Notes: generated by a model from the letters alone, not told the origin. Positions 1 to 16,100 are shown, counted from the stretch's first letter. The stretch: DNA of 64,000 nucleotides from Azolla caroliniana (GCA_043228905.1 JBHGNT010000015.1:16120001-16184000); one strand, 5' to 3'. Made by a program: numbers and translations.

Positions 1-411
1 AACCAAAAATATAACATTAATGCCTTGCGCAACATCAGTTAGTCCTAACCCCTTATCCCATGGATATCCTCTATAAAAACAAATCCCAAATTTGAGGTAT
101 ACATAGTCGCATAGGTCATCACTTGCTATGCATTTTGCATTCCTTCCCTAGATGCATATGCTTGCCTCCTACATTCTTGTTCTTTTGGAGTTTGATCCTC
201 CGTTACAAAAAAACTATCTAAGATTCTATCTGTTTTACGTTCATCTACGATTGTACAAACAATACCTCGACAATATGTTCCTTCTAACCTTTCTTACCAA
301 CCCTACGTGCAACATATACAATAACATCTCACATAGCAAAACAATCTTCAAAGAATTTTGTAATATTCTCTCCAAAAGAAAGTGCATTCTCCGACTCATC
401 GTCTACCATGC

Positions 412-645
412 TTTTCATTAGCACCAAATGCAATCCTATTCACAGTTTACTTTGATAATCAAGAGGACATCTAACATCATTCTTTACTACAACTGGATCA
501 GATCAATGGCGTAAACCTTTCATTAGCACCAAATGCAGTCCTATTCGCAGTTTATTTTTATACTCAAGACATCTAACATCATTGAAGTATTAATAGATGG
601 TTACTATCCTTACAACTGAATGAAGAGGTGAGAACCTTTCATTAT
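412..645. repeat. Diverged tandem duplication (about 105-bp period) downstream of the gene
   Basis: TTTCATTAGCACCAAATGCA-TCCTATTC-CAGTTT...GACATCTAACATCAT occurs at about 413 and 518, with a third partial CCTTTCATTA at about 636. Confidence 0.7.
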
Positions 646-964
646 GCAGAGGAACCTAGAAAAGTATGAATGATATGTATGAATGAATATATAGATTGTA
701 TGTATGAATGTTTTTCTCAGAACCCGCGGAATGATATAAATAACGCCTTAATAATGCTAGTACCAGAACATTCTTTTGAAAACTTCAAAATTTCTAATAA
801 GTGAAACTTGGGAAGTACAATATACAGTAAAAATAAAAAAACTCCTCAAATGAAAGAATGAAACACCATACATTGACTAAAGTTTAAAAAGAATTAGAAT
901 ACATGCGAGGAAGATATGAATACATAATTGGTGCTATTATGACATTGAACCAAGAATAAGATAC

Positions 965-1154
965 CTAAAGTACAGGCAAAATTTCGCTACTGCTGTTGCT
1001 ACTGCCATGAAATGACGCCTTTTCGTCTTGTTGAGGACACATGCAGTCTGGTGAAGGATATGTATAAATTGAAGCACTAGCTTTGCGAAGCTCATGTCCT
1101 TTCAAATCACTATGGCGGCGCATCCCTTGCATTTGTTTTGTGAAGCTTTCCCAC
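965..1154 (-). CDS. ESMD1: ESMD1-like exon 10 (WESFTKQM...[11 protein letters not shown]...stop)
   Basis: TTCTAG acceptor; TAG at 967-965; family C-terminal PDCMC motif. Confidence 0.9.
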
Positions 1155-4100
1155 CTAGAACCAGGAAACGTGATGTTAATCTAGAGCATAGTGCATCTCA
1201 ACAAACTAAATTTGACAGCTCCTTACCCAATGTTGGGAGTGTCTAATAATACAGCCAACTTTCTTTTGTCAGGTTTAATGGTTTTCGAATGACCATTGTT
1301 CAGAAACCGCCGATGCCCAATCAGAAATTGGGGAAAATTACCACCTTGAGTGGTGACAAACACTTCACTATGAAGGCATACAGTATAATCCAACGCAGCT
1401 AAACGCGAGGAGTATTTCTGTGTCAAAAGACAGCCACATTAATAGCGAACCAACAAGTTTCTAACATGCATGTAATCGACCAATCTTTCAAGATATAAGA
1501 ATTTCCACATGAGCTATTGAATCAATTGTTACTAATATATGTTTGCCATATGTGTCTATACAAACAGTTGTAGGCAGTTGCTAAGTATTATGCGTATAAT
1601 ATGCACCATAAAACATTATGAAATCTACAGAAAATTTGAAGACAGATAATGTTACATATAAATTTAAAAAATATGACCCACACTCTGATTCTCTGATTCC
1701 ACATCCAACAGCACACAACACAATTGGTAGATCTGATCTTCCATAGATTTATATACATATTTGCCTGTCTCAATCTCTAAATGATGTGACTAGGTCCTGA
1801 AGTGTGTTATCACACTAAGGAGGGTATGAGATAGATGTGTATCAAAATATTGGAGAACCCAATGTCAACTCCATCCTCTGAAGTGTGTAAAAACAGGGCC
1901 ATCATACTTAATTTAACGATATCAGCTCAGATTCCTCTATCCTTTTCCATTATGGTCATATCCAAGGGTAAACAAATCAAGCTATTATGGAATAGTGCAT
2001 TTATATTTTTTTCATGTAATTAGAATCATCCTTGAGTTTCCGCAAACCAACTATAATTATATCCATGTTCTGCCAACTGTCTTGATAATATAAGTGCCAA
2101 TCTTGAGTACCTTTGCCATGGGAGCTCCAAAATAAGTTGGATACCAGTTATTGACAGGAATAGTTCCTTGATCACTATAAGAACTACTCTCATCTCAGCC
2201 TAGATAATATCAAGCGGCACCAGTGGTTTTCTCCTTATAATGTGGACCATCATCGAGACTGAAAGTGACGCAAAACCTCTCCAGTGCGGTTCCCAATTTT
2301 CTACCCCAAGTATAGATGAGTTGATGTTACGAGTGCATCAAGCCACAATTTTGTTTGTGGTTCTTGGAATTATGTATGTGCACATTTTATTCCACAGAGG
2401 ATTGTGGCTGCAAATCCACAGAAAAGTCAACCGGCCACAACATCCGACAAGGAGAATCACGCTTCTCCTTGAATGTTACTCCTAGGTATGTAGGGTAGTA
2501 TACATACGCAGCCTTTGCTCTCCTGAGAGCCAGCTTTTATCTTGCAAACCATACTTTAACGGTTTTAAACACCTTTACTTTAATTTTATCAAGGTTTACC
2601 AATAAATCCTTATCTATGCAAAATGACTACAAATGTCTTTGAAGTCATTTCAGATAATAGGTATTAATACCATGCATACATTCCCTTATTGTTAGACAGT
2701 GGCAGCTCCAGACTTGCAGTCTCTTTCATCTTTATTATCTCTCCTCTAAATTCTCTCTTCCTAGATTCTTCTCTCTCTAGAATCTGCAACTCTTTAAATG
2801 CCTTCTCTCTTCCATTTTGCATGAGTCGCTAGTAGACAGTGGTGCTACTGCACACATGGCTTATGAAAAATCTATTTTGCATGATGTCAAACCCACCTCC
2901 TCCCAAATCTCCATAGGAGATGCCTAAAGGCTTGAGGTTTCAGGTGTGGATGATATGTTCTAAACACTTCTTCAAATGACAAACCTGCCATTCTTCAATA
3001 TGTGCTACATGTGCTGAAACACAAATAGCAGGTCGTGGAGTTGTAGGTTGTTGGTGTCAATGACATCCGAAACTGAGCTATCAAAGTAGACACCCTAACC
3101 TTGCACTACTATTTCGTTCGTGAATTAGTGGAATCACAAGTCATCAACTTGGCCTATTGTCCTACTCAAGAAAATGCAGCTGGTTTGTTTACTAAGCCAC
3201 TTCCAAGGCAAGACATTGATAAGCTCCTTGGTCAACTCAATGTTGGACCGTCGCTCGAGAGCTGAGAGGAGATGTCAGATTTCCAGACCTGCACTCTCCT
3301 TCATCTTTATTATCTCTCCTACTTTACTACTGCTTTCTAGCAGCCTTCTCACAGCTTGGTTGTGTCTATTTTGCTTCCAACTTTTCCGCTGCTACTATTA
3401 ACAGCTTTTCTCATAATTATATACGTAATCCATATAATGACCAAAAAGAGTGGACAATACTGGGCATTCTTGTATTCTCCAATCTTGCTATCCACGAGCA
3501 CTGATCACCCATTAAATAGATAGAATAGAGTATCTAATAAACTAGTATAAACAGCAGTTTGTGAAAAGAATTTGATAATTAAAATTATGCTGACTACCGC
3601 CATGCACATAAGGAACAAGATGCCTACAATTTCAATTTTACGAGATTACTCTTGAGAACGAGTTCTTGGATGAAAGTAGATATCTCATATATGGAAGTGT
3701 TTGGATACTTTCTGCTGCAATTCAAGAGAAGGTGGTTGGATAAAAACTAGATGGTCCATATAGAACATGTTGGATTAAATCATACAAGGTAAGAGTGTCG
3801 TTATTTTGGAACATAATGACAAAGATATTGAATAAACAAGAAAACATTTAATGGATGAGGATGGATCTTGGATTAAGGTGGTCTCTAAGGTAAATCATCC
3901 TAGGTACCAAAAAGACAAAGTTTATGCAAATCATGGGCAAGAGAGGGGTATTTCCTCTAGGGATCCTATGGGGTTATCACATGGACATAATTATGATCAA
4001 TTGAAAGGAAGGTCAAAACCGTGGCAAGGGTCACAGTATAAACAATCTAATCAAGGGACAAAACCTTTCAACCTTAGGTTTGATAAGAATGATAAAATCC

Positions 4101-7100
4101 ATTTACCATTAGAAAAACAAAATTGGAAAAGAAGTGAAAGTCCAATAGCCGGAAGTACGGCTAGCTCACGCTCCAACCCGAGTAGCATGGGGCAATATAG
4201 CCAGACACGTAATCTTTTATGACATGAAGAAATAATATGCATTAAGAGAGACTGAAGTACATGACATTCAAGAAATTAAAAACTTCAAGTCAGAAGCAAA
4301 GTTCTGCAGTTATATAGAATGCAACAAATTTCTCACGAATTCTTCCATGGTTATGCAGATTTGGTAAAGGCAAATAATATATAGACAGTTCTAAGTTGTT
4401 GGGGGGTAAAGGTCCCAAGGATTCTTCTTGTGTACACTATGAACTTTCCTCCTGATCCAAACTTTTCTAGGGGAATGTATTTGGGCCAAAATCAGATTGT
4501 GCAAGCCTGTGTACACTGCAAATATGGGCATATCTAACAATTTATTTTTGATACATTACCACTGGAATGTACAAAAATCAGTAGTAAAAAAATAAAAAAT
4601 TGCAAAAAGATTTTCTCCAAATTATCAGATCTAAGAAGTTCCTTATCTTCATTGTCCCTATTTTCACAAGAACTTTGACTGAAATTAAGAATTTCTGAAA
4701 TTTATTTGCAGAAATTGGTTTTCTGTTTTTATCTTTGGGGTTTTTTCTAAATTGACCAATGCTAGAGATCTTTTGCAGAGAAAAAGTACAATCCACCTAA
4801 CTTGAGAATCTTACATGTATAGATAATCGGATTCTTCAGTCTCTTTTTATTTCTATTTACATCTTTCACTTAGTTGCATTTTTTTGTTGTTCTCAAACGC
4901 GAGACAACATTTTAAGATGTCATCTCTTGTTTGGTCTTTACCAGCATTAATATATCTTTCTTTCTTTCTTTGAGAGATAGATATTCAATGGCAAAGAATT
5001 TGATCTTTGAAAAGATATGTGCAATGACGTTACTTCTCAAAGCACTGGCAGTTATAAAACCGGATGCTATGATAGATTATACATGGCTCACCACCGAACA
5101 AGAAAACAATTACATACATTTAGATGGTTGTGTAAATGAGAACTTGGTAGATTCAAAAGTCTTACCGCTGCACATATCATTTGGGAGAAACTGAAAAGTA
5201 ATTATAAGATTACCACATCTATTACTCAGGTGCATCTTATGAGGATGAGTCAAACATTGCTGCTAAATACATTAGTATATTTACAGGTACGATATCAAAG
5301 TTGCAATATTCAGGTCTATCTCCCTTCAAATACAAATTAAAGGTCATTTTCTTGCTTATGGCACTGGGAAACATTGGTGGATTCATTACCAACGAACCCC
5401 ATTGGTGTTAATTGAATGACAAAATCAAGTTAAAAGCAAGTGGTGAAGGCAATTCTTCAGAACATATTGTCAGCAGAAGTTCAAAGAAGGAAAAGGTAGA
5501 TCAAGAAACAGGAGCAAATGCAAAGGTAAATGCTCTGATATAATATGCTATCAATGTGGCAAGAAAGGCCACATGAAGGTAGACTGTCTGTATTACAAAA
5601 AGAAGTGAGAAAGAAAGAACAATGACAACAAGGAGAAAAAAGAGAACAAGGAAACCAAAAAAGACAAATAAGTGAACTCCAAAGGCAACGAGACGATGAA
5701 GTGATCTCTAGTGTCGTTATAGAGAAGTCCTCTTACACAAAAAACATACTTTGAGCTACTATATCTGATGATGCCTTTTGTGCACATGCAAATCACCAAT
5801 GATGATCTCACTGACGTCTTGATTATTAAGCATGATGCTTTCTCACAGACTTGGATTGTCAATTCAAGAGGGGCATCCTTTCATGCTATGTGTTACGAGC
5901 ATAACCGTAACCGTAGTTAGGGCTAATTTGAAAGGATGAAGGCTGAGGATTGAGTTATCTCAACCCGACAGTGGGAGATGACTTTAGAGTGTTTCATCAC
6001 CTGGCTACTTTTTATAAAAAAAACAACCAAGTGGGAAACACACACAAGGGCCTAGGGTTTGAGCCTATATATGAAGGGGCATCTCTCTTTTTTTATGTTT
6101 TGAGATAGAGACTCTAATAGTGTGGCAAAGCTCTAGCTTCATACACGTGTGCCTCCTCCTCCTTCAAACCCAAGGTACAATCCATGTCCACACACAGTGG
6201 TACAGGACACCGACGGTGGACTTGGATCCGTCTCACTTTTGCTAGGGTGGTGGATTGGCACCCTTTCTTCCTTATTTTACTCTTTAATTTTGCTTAAAGT
6301 TGATTAAGATTCTAACACTATGCCTATAAGAAGTGTCATTTCGTGTAGACGACTATGGCAAAGTTTTTCTCAGCAATATCATACATGTTCTATTGACGGA
6401 ATTGGCATTGTGCATTTGGCCTTGCAAGATATTAGATACGTATCTCGAAAAGAGAAGTATTTTATCTGTGGGTCAGCTAGATATCAATCTGGTTCTTGTT
6501 CATTCAGAATTCTGATGTATGTAGCATGCCTACCAAGTCTATGGGAGGCGCTTTATACTGTCTGATGGGATTTGATTAATTTAAAGATAAGGAGCAGTGT
6601 ATACACCTGAACAATATAGAGTCTAGAGTGACGAGTTGCAAGCCACTACACAACGAGTCATATAATAAAGTCGTCTCATGGATATCACCTAGTATCCTGA
6701 GGTTGTAAGAGTGAACCATAAGCAATGAGAAGGAAGCATACTAGGAGAAGCAATCGCTGTATATGAAACTAGAGAATAACTTAAATGGCAACAACATAGC
6801 AAAATTAAGCGAGTAGAACATTATGGGGACTATTTGAAAGAATTCCTTGTATGTTTCTATCTCTCTTGTCATCGACAAGATAAAAGCCATTATCTCCCAA
6901 CATCGTAGGTGCTTCCCTCACTTCGGAGACATTTCCATTCTGGATTGACCTATGCTAGAGATCTTTCAAAGACAAAAGCTACAATATACCTAACTTGAGA
7001 ATCTCACATGTGCCAAAAACCAGATTCCCTCGTTTCTTTTCTTTTCATGTTATTTACTTTTATATATACTGTGTAATATTTATTTTATTTTGATTTGTTC

Positions 7101-10100
7101 TCAAAGACGAGACAACACTTAAGATGTAATCTCTTATTTGGTCTTATAGGCCATTTTGGCCTCTTAAAAGACGTTAATATTTCTTTCTTTCTTTCTTTCT
7201 TTCTCTTTTAAATCTTAATGTGCAGTCAAATTTCTTAATTAAACATGAATCCTCTAGAGCTCAAGTTAGTAACACTGATCCCTATTCTTTCAAGTAGTTT
7301 CCTGCGGATGCAGTTGGCCCACATGAAAAAACCTTTCTTGACATGGGGCCCAACACTACAAGATTCCACTACTAGAACAAATATCTCAGTATAAACTAGA
7401 TAATCACAAATATATAGCCCCTTTTAGACCAGCTCCATGCATAGCAAGGCAACAGGTTTACCATCCCAAAACAGGGATCCCTAAATGGAAACTACCAGCA
7501 GGATTCCTGCCACTGAAAGCGAGCAACAGTCGTATTATTATTATCTTATCATGGTGCCTTGCTGGTTCCCAATTAGTGCATGAAATGCAGGTGTAAACAT
7601 TGTTTACTATAGAAATCCTGAAAAAAAGAAAGAAAGCTCACCTTGAATGGTTCAAGCTCTTCCTTTGACAACAATGTCTCCTTTGTCTGAAGGAAAGGAA
7701 ACATTTGGCGAAGAGGAATCATATATTTTTCTGCCTTGTAGATCTTTCCAGCAGCTAAAAATATAGGGGTATCATTTTGGAAGCCCATCCCTCTCAACAT
7801 CATTCCAACCTGCCCAGCATATGTGATCACCCCATCTTTTTAATTATTCATTGTCAAGGTATTGATTATATATAAGTTTAATAACTCACTTCTAAAGGTG
7901 TTAATGGACATTTTCCATCCATCCGGTTAGCACCTGGCCTAATCACTCGACCTGTCTTGTTGAATTTTCCCCTCCATCCCCTCTCCCTTGCAGCATCCAA
8001 TTCTCGCTTCTCTTCCTCCCCTCCATCATAAATACAGCAGGAAAATGCTACCATATCCTGTAGAAACAACAACTTTAGTTTCTCAATATTCAACATCAGA
8101 GATCCAAAGACTTCATAACATATCTGGGAACCTCTTCAAATCGTAGATGTACAGAAATGTATTTTCCACCAGTACTGCTGCTATGAAACCTCATTAGATC
8201 AACTAGTTTCTGTCCAACAACTGCAATTGGTTGTGCAAATCTTAGAGCCTGAAAATTTGCCAAGCATCTGAGTTGTTGTGTCTTTGGAGGAACTTTGTCA
8301 TAGGATAACCGATTTGCAAATGGTGAAATGCGGATGACCCTGATCAAGAATAATACAAATTTTGATACAGAAAACTCTTCTTTTTCAAATTTTGAATTGT
8401 TTCACAAATATGGAGAAAACAAAAGTTGTTATGACAACTGTGATTCTCATATAAAGTATAATGTTACGACAAGCTTGTGTGAATTCAAGTTTGTTCGACT
8501 CCAATGAAAGAGCATTTGGACGATGTGGACTCATTCTTGCAGAGGTAGCAAAACAATTAAATGGGAGTCTCTTTGAAGTACAATAGACTCCAAAACAAGG
8601 ATGACTAATACTCACAGAAATGTTTTTGGTCACGGATTATGTATTGTGATGGAGAGAAACCGCTATATTAAAGAGAAATGTCCAAGTGATGAAGGGGTGA
8701 GAGAAATTAAATCTGTTGAGTTGGATGTACAACCTTTCTTTTCAAGTCTTCTAATACCACAATGTATACATTTTCTTGACTTCATACAATGCATGTCCAT
8801 TAGTGTTTTCATTTTAAATTTTATGAAAGCCTTTGACACTAAACCAAGAAATGAGCTTTAGAAAAGAATGATCGAGATCAGAAAGCCATTAGAGTATATA
8901 ACAGCTGTAGCACAGTTCTATGAGCAAGTTAGATGTCAACTGAAAATGGATAATGGTATCATTAAGTACTTCATCTGAAACACGGGGGTCAAGCAAGGGT
9001 ATCCACTGTCTCCCACACTCTTTGGTTTATGCATCGATAAACTAGAAGAAATAGGAACAGGTTGCAAAAGAAGAAGGATTTAACGGCCCAAAACTCATGC
9101 AAGAGCTAATTTTCATACTGCCTATATGACAATAATGTGTTATTCTCATATAATTTGGATGATATGTAACTACTTGATGTACTAGAAACATTCTGTCAAA
9201 TCAGCAGGCTAATTGTTAACGTGGACAAAACAAAAATGATGGCAATACAACCAAGACATTACCCCACTTTTACTTCGAAGGGAAACCCCCTATACAAGTG
9301 GTACAAAGCTTCAAATAACTTGGTATCAATGACCTATTGACAAATAGGTGGAATATATGCTACGAGTCTAGACTTCAAAAGAGTTGGAACTGTTATTATA
9401 TGTTTGAGAATCAATGTAACCGAAGTGATACTGAAGAATGGGAAATGAGATTGATGTTCAATGATATGGGCGTCTAAGTGTTGTCTTATGGGGTGGAAGT
9501 GCAGGGTGGCACTATCTCACTTGATGCATGGAATGAAATAGAAAAATTCAAAATTTGCTGTGATGTAGACAATTGGGAGTTAAATCCTCAACATCCTGTC
9601 CTGTCATGATATTAGAAGCAGGTGTTCGGTCCATAGAGGTGAGGTGCTAGCCATGCAACAAGGTTTAAAAAATGGGGGTAAAAGATCTAATTGAACTCTC
9701 AGGTGATGCTAAGAGTATGTGGTTATTGAGGATTGATTGCTAGCAGCACTGAGGATGAGGTAACAAGATGCTAAAATGTTGGAATTTAGAATATTAAGTT
9801 GTAAATGTTGGCCCCATTTACAAAGTAAAAATTCCAGAATGTATCCAAACCACATTGGCCCCACAAACCTTGGTTATCGAAGGGCCTTTACACTTATTCA
9901 AACTCACTTGCAAAAGTTAGATGTTGAGGTAGCATCATGGCATCACCAATCCAGTATGAAGATACGCAATGTATGCAATGAAAACCTAGTGGAGGATGAA
10001 TATCACTTACTTGTGCCATGCTGAGCATATAAGGTAATTCGTGACAAGTATGATGACTTACCCAAACAGGGCATTCTTGTTTCAACAAAGCATGATAGTC

Positions 10101-13100
10101 CACAACGGGGGACCATTGCATTACATGCAAATCTCTATCAAGAACGGCGTGCGCATTATTTTCAGAGTTTTAACCAGAGTAGTAACCCCCTCTCTTAGGA
10201 AGAAGTTACATACAAGATGTTATGTTGATACAGTCCCATAGATCAAAATTGGCCTCCTCATGGGCAATAAAAATTCTACTCTATTCCATTAACCTTGGGA
10301 CAACGTAAATATTAGCAGATCTACAGTTCATGAAGGTCCCATCAGAATCCACTTTGACATGTCTTCAACTGTATGTTTGTATCTTTGATATATATACACC
10401 TTAGTTACATAGCAATTAAAAGCCTGGTAGAATTTTACCCCAATTTTCTCAGCCGTGGAAGCACTGTTGCAAGATAGTAGCTCGCAGGTGCCCAAGCTTT
10501 TACCCTGAAATTATAAATAAGACTGATATTGTTTCCAATGGTCTCCATAATGTAGTCTGGTAGCTGACTAACTACGCGTACATGCTCTGCAAGGGTGCTT
10601 ATGAAATAGCTTTCATCATAGATATCTCCAAATGAGCTGAAATATAGATAGGATCGTAGCTTAGGAATGAATGTCATTATTAAATAAGCGCTTCTAAGAC
10701 ATTCCCTTGAAACTACAAGACATTCACCTTGGATCTTGCCAAACACTATTTAAATGGAATTGTGGAATGACAAGAGTGGCATTTAGCAGTCCAGCAAGTG
10801 CAACAGCATTGCAAATCTGTAATGCAAACCTTCTATAAAAATAAAATAATTTATTGGAAAACCACACTAGCACTTTATAGTGAATTTGCACATACCGACG
10901 ATCTTTGTTGATTCAAACCACCATTTGCTTCTATAACAATAAAACCATTAGATTCTTGTAGACCTACAAATGCAGAACCATTTTTTAAACCAATCCTCCA
11001 TGACATAAAATAAAGGCATCCATGACATTGTCAAGAGAATACAAAAGCTTGGCATTGTAAGGTCACAACAAAAAATTATGTATTTTAACTGGAAAAGCAT
11101 AAGTTTTTAATTTCAAAAAGAAAAAGCAATATAGAAATTAAAATCCCCAAAGAGCAAGCCTTCAAAGAAGAAAACCATGTCTGACAGTGTCCATTTCTTT
11201 AGGCTCCTGTCTCAACAATACCATTTCCATTAGAGTGCACATACTGAGCAGTAAATAGTTTGAATGTGATCTAACCAGAATTTGACAAATCCTTGTGACA
11301 TCGACTCATCAAAAGTGACTTTAGGTTGGCTTGTATCATCCTCCATTTTAAATAGATGGCACAGTTTTCTGCTTTTATTAATAGAAATGTGCAATGTCTT
11401 CTGATCTTGCAATATTATGATTTAAACTCTACTATTTCCTATCAATAACCACCTTCCAGCCCAATGGGCAGGATTAAAAATTAAAATGTCAAAAAAGAAG
11501 GAATCAAAGGTATATAGAAGCGCTCCACAATGTGTATTATTCAGAATAATATACCAGAAAAACGACAGTCTGAATCTCACACTGTACAGATTACAAGGAA
11601 TAGATGAAAGTTTCATTGTTAAACACACTTCAGCTGAAAAAGAAAGTAGGAAAAAAATATTAATACTGAGAAAACAGCGAGATTGCAGTTCAGGATGGTG
11701 AGTCTGCAATTATTAAGATCTTTCTTCATTTATAAATTTCTCGTGGTGAAATTAAGCTAAATTCGCAGTTCGATTGGGGTTTTATAACCTGCTACAAGTT
11801 CTTTGAGCTGGTCTCATGTGCACCTATAAGTTTACATACAAGTGAAGGATAGTGCAGGTGAGACACAGGCCCACAACCAAATAAAACCAGTGGCTGGTTG
11901 GCGAGTATTATGGGTAAAGAGCCCATGGGCGATCAGCTAGCACGAAAATATCCCACGTGGTGTGAAAAGCAAGCCATATAAGATGGCATGATGCATGAGA
12001 CAAACTATAATACTCATATATCAAGCCTTGAACAACTCAAATTTGATAAAACAGCATGTGATGAGATAAGAAAAATATCAATAGCCCGCAGGTAGACAAA
12101 AAGAATCAACGGCCCACACAATGTATAACCAATTCACAATGTTGTAACAACATGCTCATACACGTTTTTAAGATTGTTGCTATATTGTCACACTAGGTGA
12201 TCATTCTCTAAGTAGGGTGTGTCTCAAAGCAACATCTTTTTAAGCATGAATTACCTCGCAAAGTCCTTGCATGGTTTATGCAAGGCTTCCAAATTTCTCC
12301 ATCATTCTGATGCTGCCATGCTACCATAACCTGTACAATATAACAACATGATAAGAATCTAGCAAATAAGTACGAATCCACTAATATAAATTTTGTACAT
12401 AAAAACACTGCATGTAAATATGCAAAATGAACAAATTGAATTGTCAAATTCTTAAATATATATATATATATGTTATTAAAAAAACTAGAAGTGTAAATTT
12501 CTTCTAGCCAGTAGATGTTTTGTGTGAACAGAAACAATATTCTAACAAGCAAATGATAAGGTCAAGAACATGTACCAGACAAGAGTAAAGATAGAACAAG
12601 ATTTCTTAACTTCCCAAAATATTGATGTCAAGGAAAGTAAAGACATTGCCGAATATACTTTCTCAAACTATTAAATATTAGGTTGTTGAATGCAAATTAG
12701 AGAGCATATGTCTGTGTCAAAATTATCTCCTAGAGCACATCTGTACTCCTCAAATGCAAAAATTGAATATTCATAAAAAACATCAAGATATCATGAAGGT
12801 AATGGAAACTCCAATCAAAATTAATACCACTTGGATCCATACATACAGATCTTGTGGAATACACTCTATTTATTCCATATAAAAGGAAGATTACTATAGC
12901 TTCAAACAAATTTCTCTATCAGACATTCTTTCTGTTGATGGAGGGAGGTGCTGAGAAAGGGACACAGTGGTAAATTGGAAAATTAAACGCACTTATTCTC
13001 CAAACTTTGGAGAGTTATCTCTCACACCGACATGAACAAGAACAAGAACAATATCACACAAGCAATTAAGATTACATTATAAGCACAACCATGTGATCTT

Positions 13101-16100
13101 CAGTTGGTATGCATAAGTTCCAAATTAGTAATCATTATTTGGCAAGACTGCGAGAACCTTTGATATCAACTCTTTATGATGCCACCATGTGATGGCAGGA
13201 CTTGAACCCATGACCTATGTGTACATATGCCAAGGACTTAACCACCATTAAGCCATCTGATAGTCATAATTATTACATTGTCGCATTACATCATAATGAG
13301 TAGAACCCTAGAACATTCTAGAACTTCCTAGAGCACGGTTTGATCAGGCAATGCAACCTATTGTTTGAGTGTCTTACTTAACTAAAAAGCCAGTTTCCCC
13401 TCTGCAAACACCAGGAGAGAGTGGACTTCAGGAAATAAAAAATTGGATCCCCAAGGAGGAAAGGAGGAGGGAACTTGTGAGGAAGTTTTCACCCTCCTTT
13501 TGGCCTCTGGAGTTAAACAAGACCCAGATAAAGTCAAGTTAGAGAGCCATGCAATGGGCAACTATTCCGCATGGTTCAGAGAGCACAACTACGAACAACT
13601 CTCCTCAGCAGAAGTTCTAGAACTTCCTAGTGCTTTCTGGAACATTCTAGAAAACCCTAGAATGTTCCATGGCCCACTATATAATGAAGCCTTCTTCTCA
13701 AGACTCTCCCCCAATTATCCATTGTAGGTTTCCCTCTTCAGAGGTCAAAAACCCTTCTATGTTATAATCCCCACTATCTGTCTTCTTTACTTTTGTGTTT
13801 GCTTTCTTCCACTTATTTGGTCCGACCTACTTTTTGTTTTTAGCTCTTGCTTGTCTCCCACTATTCTCTGCTTTTGATTTGCATTCTTGCTTGGTTTCTA
13901 CCTTTCCTTTCTTTCAGACACACAAGAGTGCATACACATTCAAGGCATGCACAGTAGCACAATTCTATATTCATCCACGTGAGTAGTGTACACAAACATG
14001 TGAATGTGAAAACAACAACACAATATAACTTAAAATTTTTGGGAAAGCCCCTATTCCGCATGGTTCAGAGAGCACAACTACGAACAACTCTCCTCAGCAG
14101 AAGTTCTAGAACTTCCTAGTGCTTTCTGGAACATTCTAGAAAACCCTAGAATGTTCCATGGCCCACTATATAATGAAGCCTTCTTCTCAAGACTCTCCCC
14201 CAATTATCCATTGTAGGTTTCCCTCTTCAGAGGTCAAAAACCCTTCTATGTTATAATCCCCACTATCTGTCTTCTTTACTTTTGTGTTTGCTTTCTTCCA
14301 CTTATTTGGTCCGACCTACTTTTTGTTTTTAGCTCTTGCTTGTCTCCCACTATTCTCTGCTTTTGATTTGCATTCTTGCTTGGTTTCTACCTTTCCTTTC
14401 TTTCAGACACACAAGAGTGCATACACATTCAAGGCATGCACAGTAGCACAATTCTATATTCATCCACGTGAGTAGTGTACACAAACATGTGAATGTGAAA
14501 ACAACAACACAATATAACTTAAAATTTTTGGGAAAGCCCCTAATAATCAGCACAAAAACAGGGGATCTAACCCTATCAGCACGTATCATATCTGTACACG
14601 AACTTCCACAGGACAGATTCTAGAACGCCACACAATTCCCCAATATCTAAGCAGTTTCTAGCTTCAAACCCATACTAAAGCTTAAATTTACAAGCCACAA
14701 ATGCTTAACCCCATTTCAAACAAGACAGTTTTTGAAGTACGGAAGGTAGTCTTCCAACATCATCATGGTATTAGTCCAAAATGCTCATTAGCACAACCCT
14801 ATAGTCGGCAGCTTGTAGTTGCAAATGAACCGAGAGGAAAAAATTTCAAGTGAATTCCATGAGGCTGGACAGCATTCCTCGGATTTCAACATTTCAAGGG
14901 CTTCTAGCTAAATTATGTCCATGAAAAGCAAATTTGCTATTAACATTCAATTCAAGATAAGATCAAAATGAATGGAAGCACATTAATACTCCCAGAAGCC
15001 AAGAAGAGAAGACATGTATTGGCCCTTGGGACATGCATCAGAGGCCTATATGGCAAGCCATCCAAAGACTTTTGTGCAGCTGTTTGTCGAAGAAGCTCAT
15101 CTTGAGTATTGACATAATATCTCTAATCATGGCTGGCTACTTTTGACATTTTCTGTAAACTTCTAAACAGGTTTATGTGTGTGATCGACATGGAAAAATG
15201 TGTAAGAAACCTTGGTTTCATGGAAAATTTCCTGCATTGGCTCTCAACCACAAACTAAGAAAAATATGGAAGGGGTCATTGTTTCTTCCAGAAGAAGTGT
15301 TCCTACAAAGATGGCTAGATAACTGTTGCTATAATCTTGTATGATTAATTACCCTTGCCACACTTAGGAGATGCAGAAATACTAATGTAACTGCACCTCT
15401 CCATTATAACTGTCTCCTCTATATAAATTGAGTACCTTCCTTTAGGTTAATTAGCACCTGGGATCTTCAGCCATTGACAAAAAACTTGATGAGGCAGTTT
15501 TTCCACTTTATGAACAATGTGGAAACGTTGCAAACATCTGCATTATGTTCAACCAGTTTCCAATCTATAGCGGAGATCAGGACTTCACTCAGGCAATCTT
15601 TGAGCTTCTATATTTTAGAAGATATGCACAACAATGTACATGCTCTATTCTTTGACGGTTTCAGTCTTACAGAAGATAATGAATGAGCCATGGTCATTTT
15701 CTTGCCATCATTTTGTTTGTTGTTTCTCACATTAAAATAAGGCTTCCTTGAAAACAATGTGCATATCATCTATCCACCTTTACAAAATGGAATTATTCCG
15801 CTACCAATGCTGCTCTGCTTTGATCTACTGGCGTATGTGATTCTGAAACTGGCATGCCAACGAAGTGTTTCTTTCAGTTTTTTCATAGGAAGATAATGAA
15901 TGTGACCCTGGATTTCCTTATGCAACTCACATCATGGTATGGCTCATAATGTGTGATTCATCACAGATATTAGAACAGCAAGACAAGTATTAGCAAGCAA
16001 ATACTCATTCCAACCTGACCTCATAATTCAATTTCAGAAAATAAACTCCAATTACATAACACACATGCTTAGATGCTTCTTCTTTCAAATGAAATGGCTA

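Noticed and set aside
3851-4222. 123-aa plus-strand ORF inside intron 8
   Set aside because: Low-complexity, no recognisable domain, and surrounded by TE debris; probably a retroelement remnant.
13190-13260. Functional tRNA genes here, at 37805-37875 or at 58989-59050
   Set aside because: A/B-box-like motifs only; acceptor and anticodon stems do not form.
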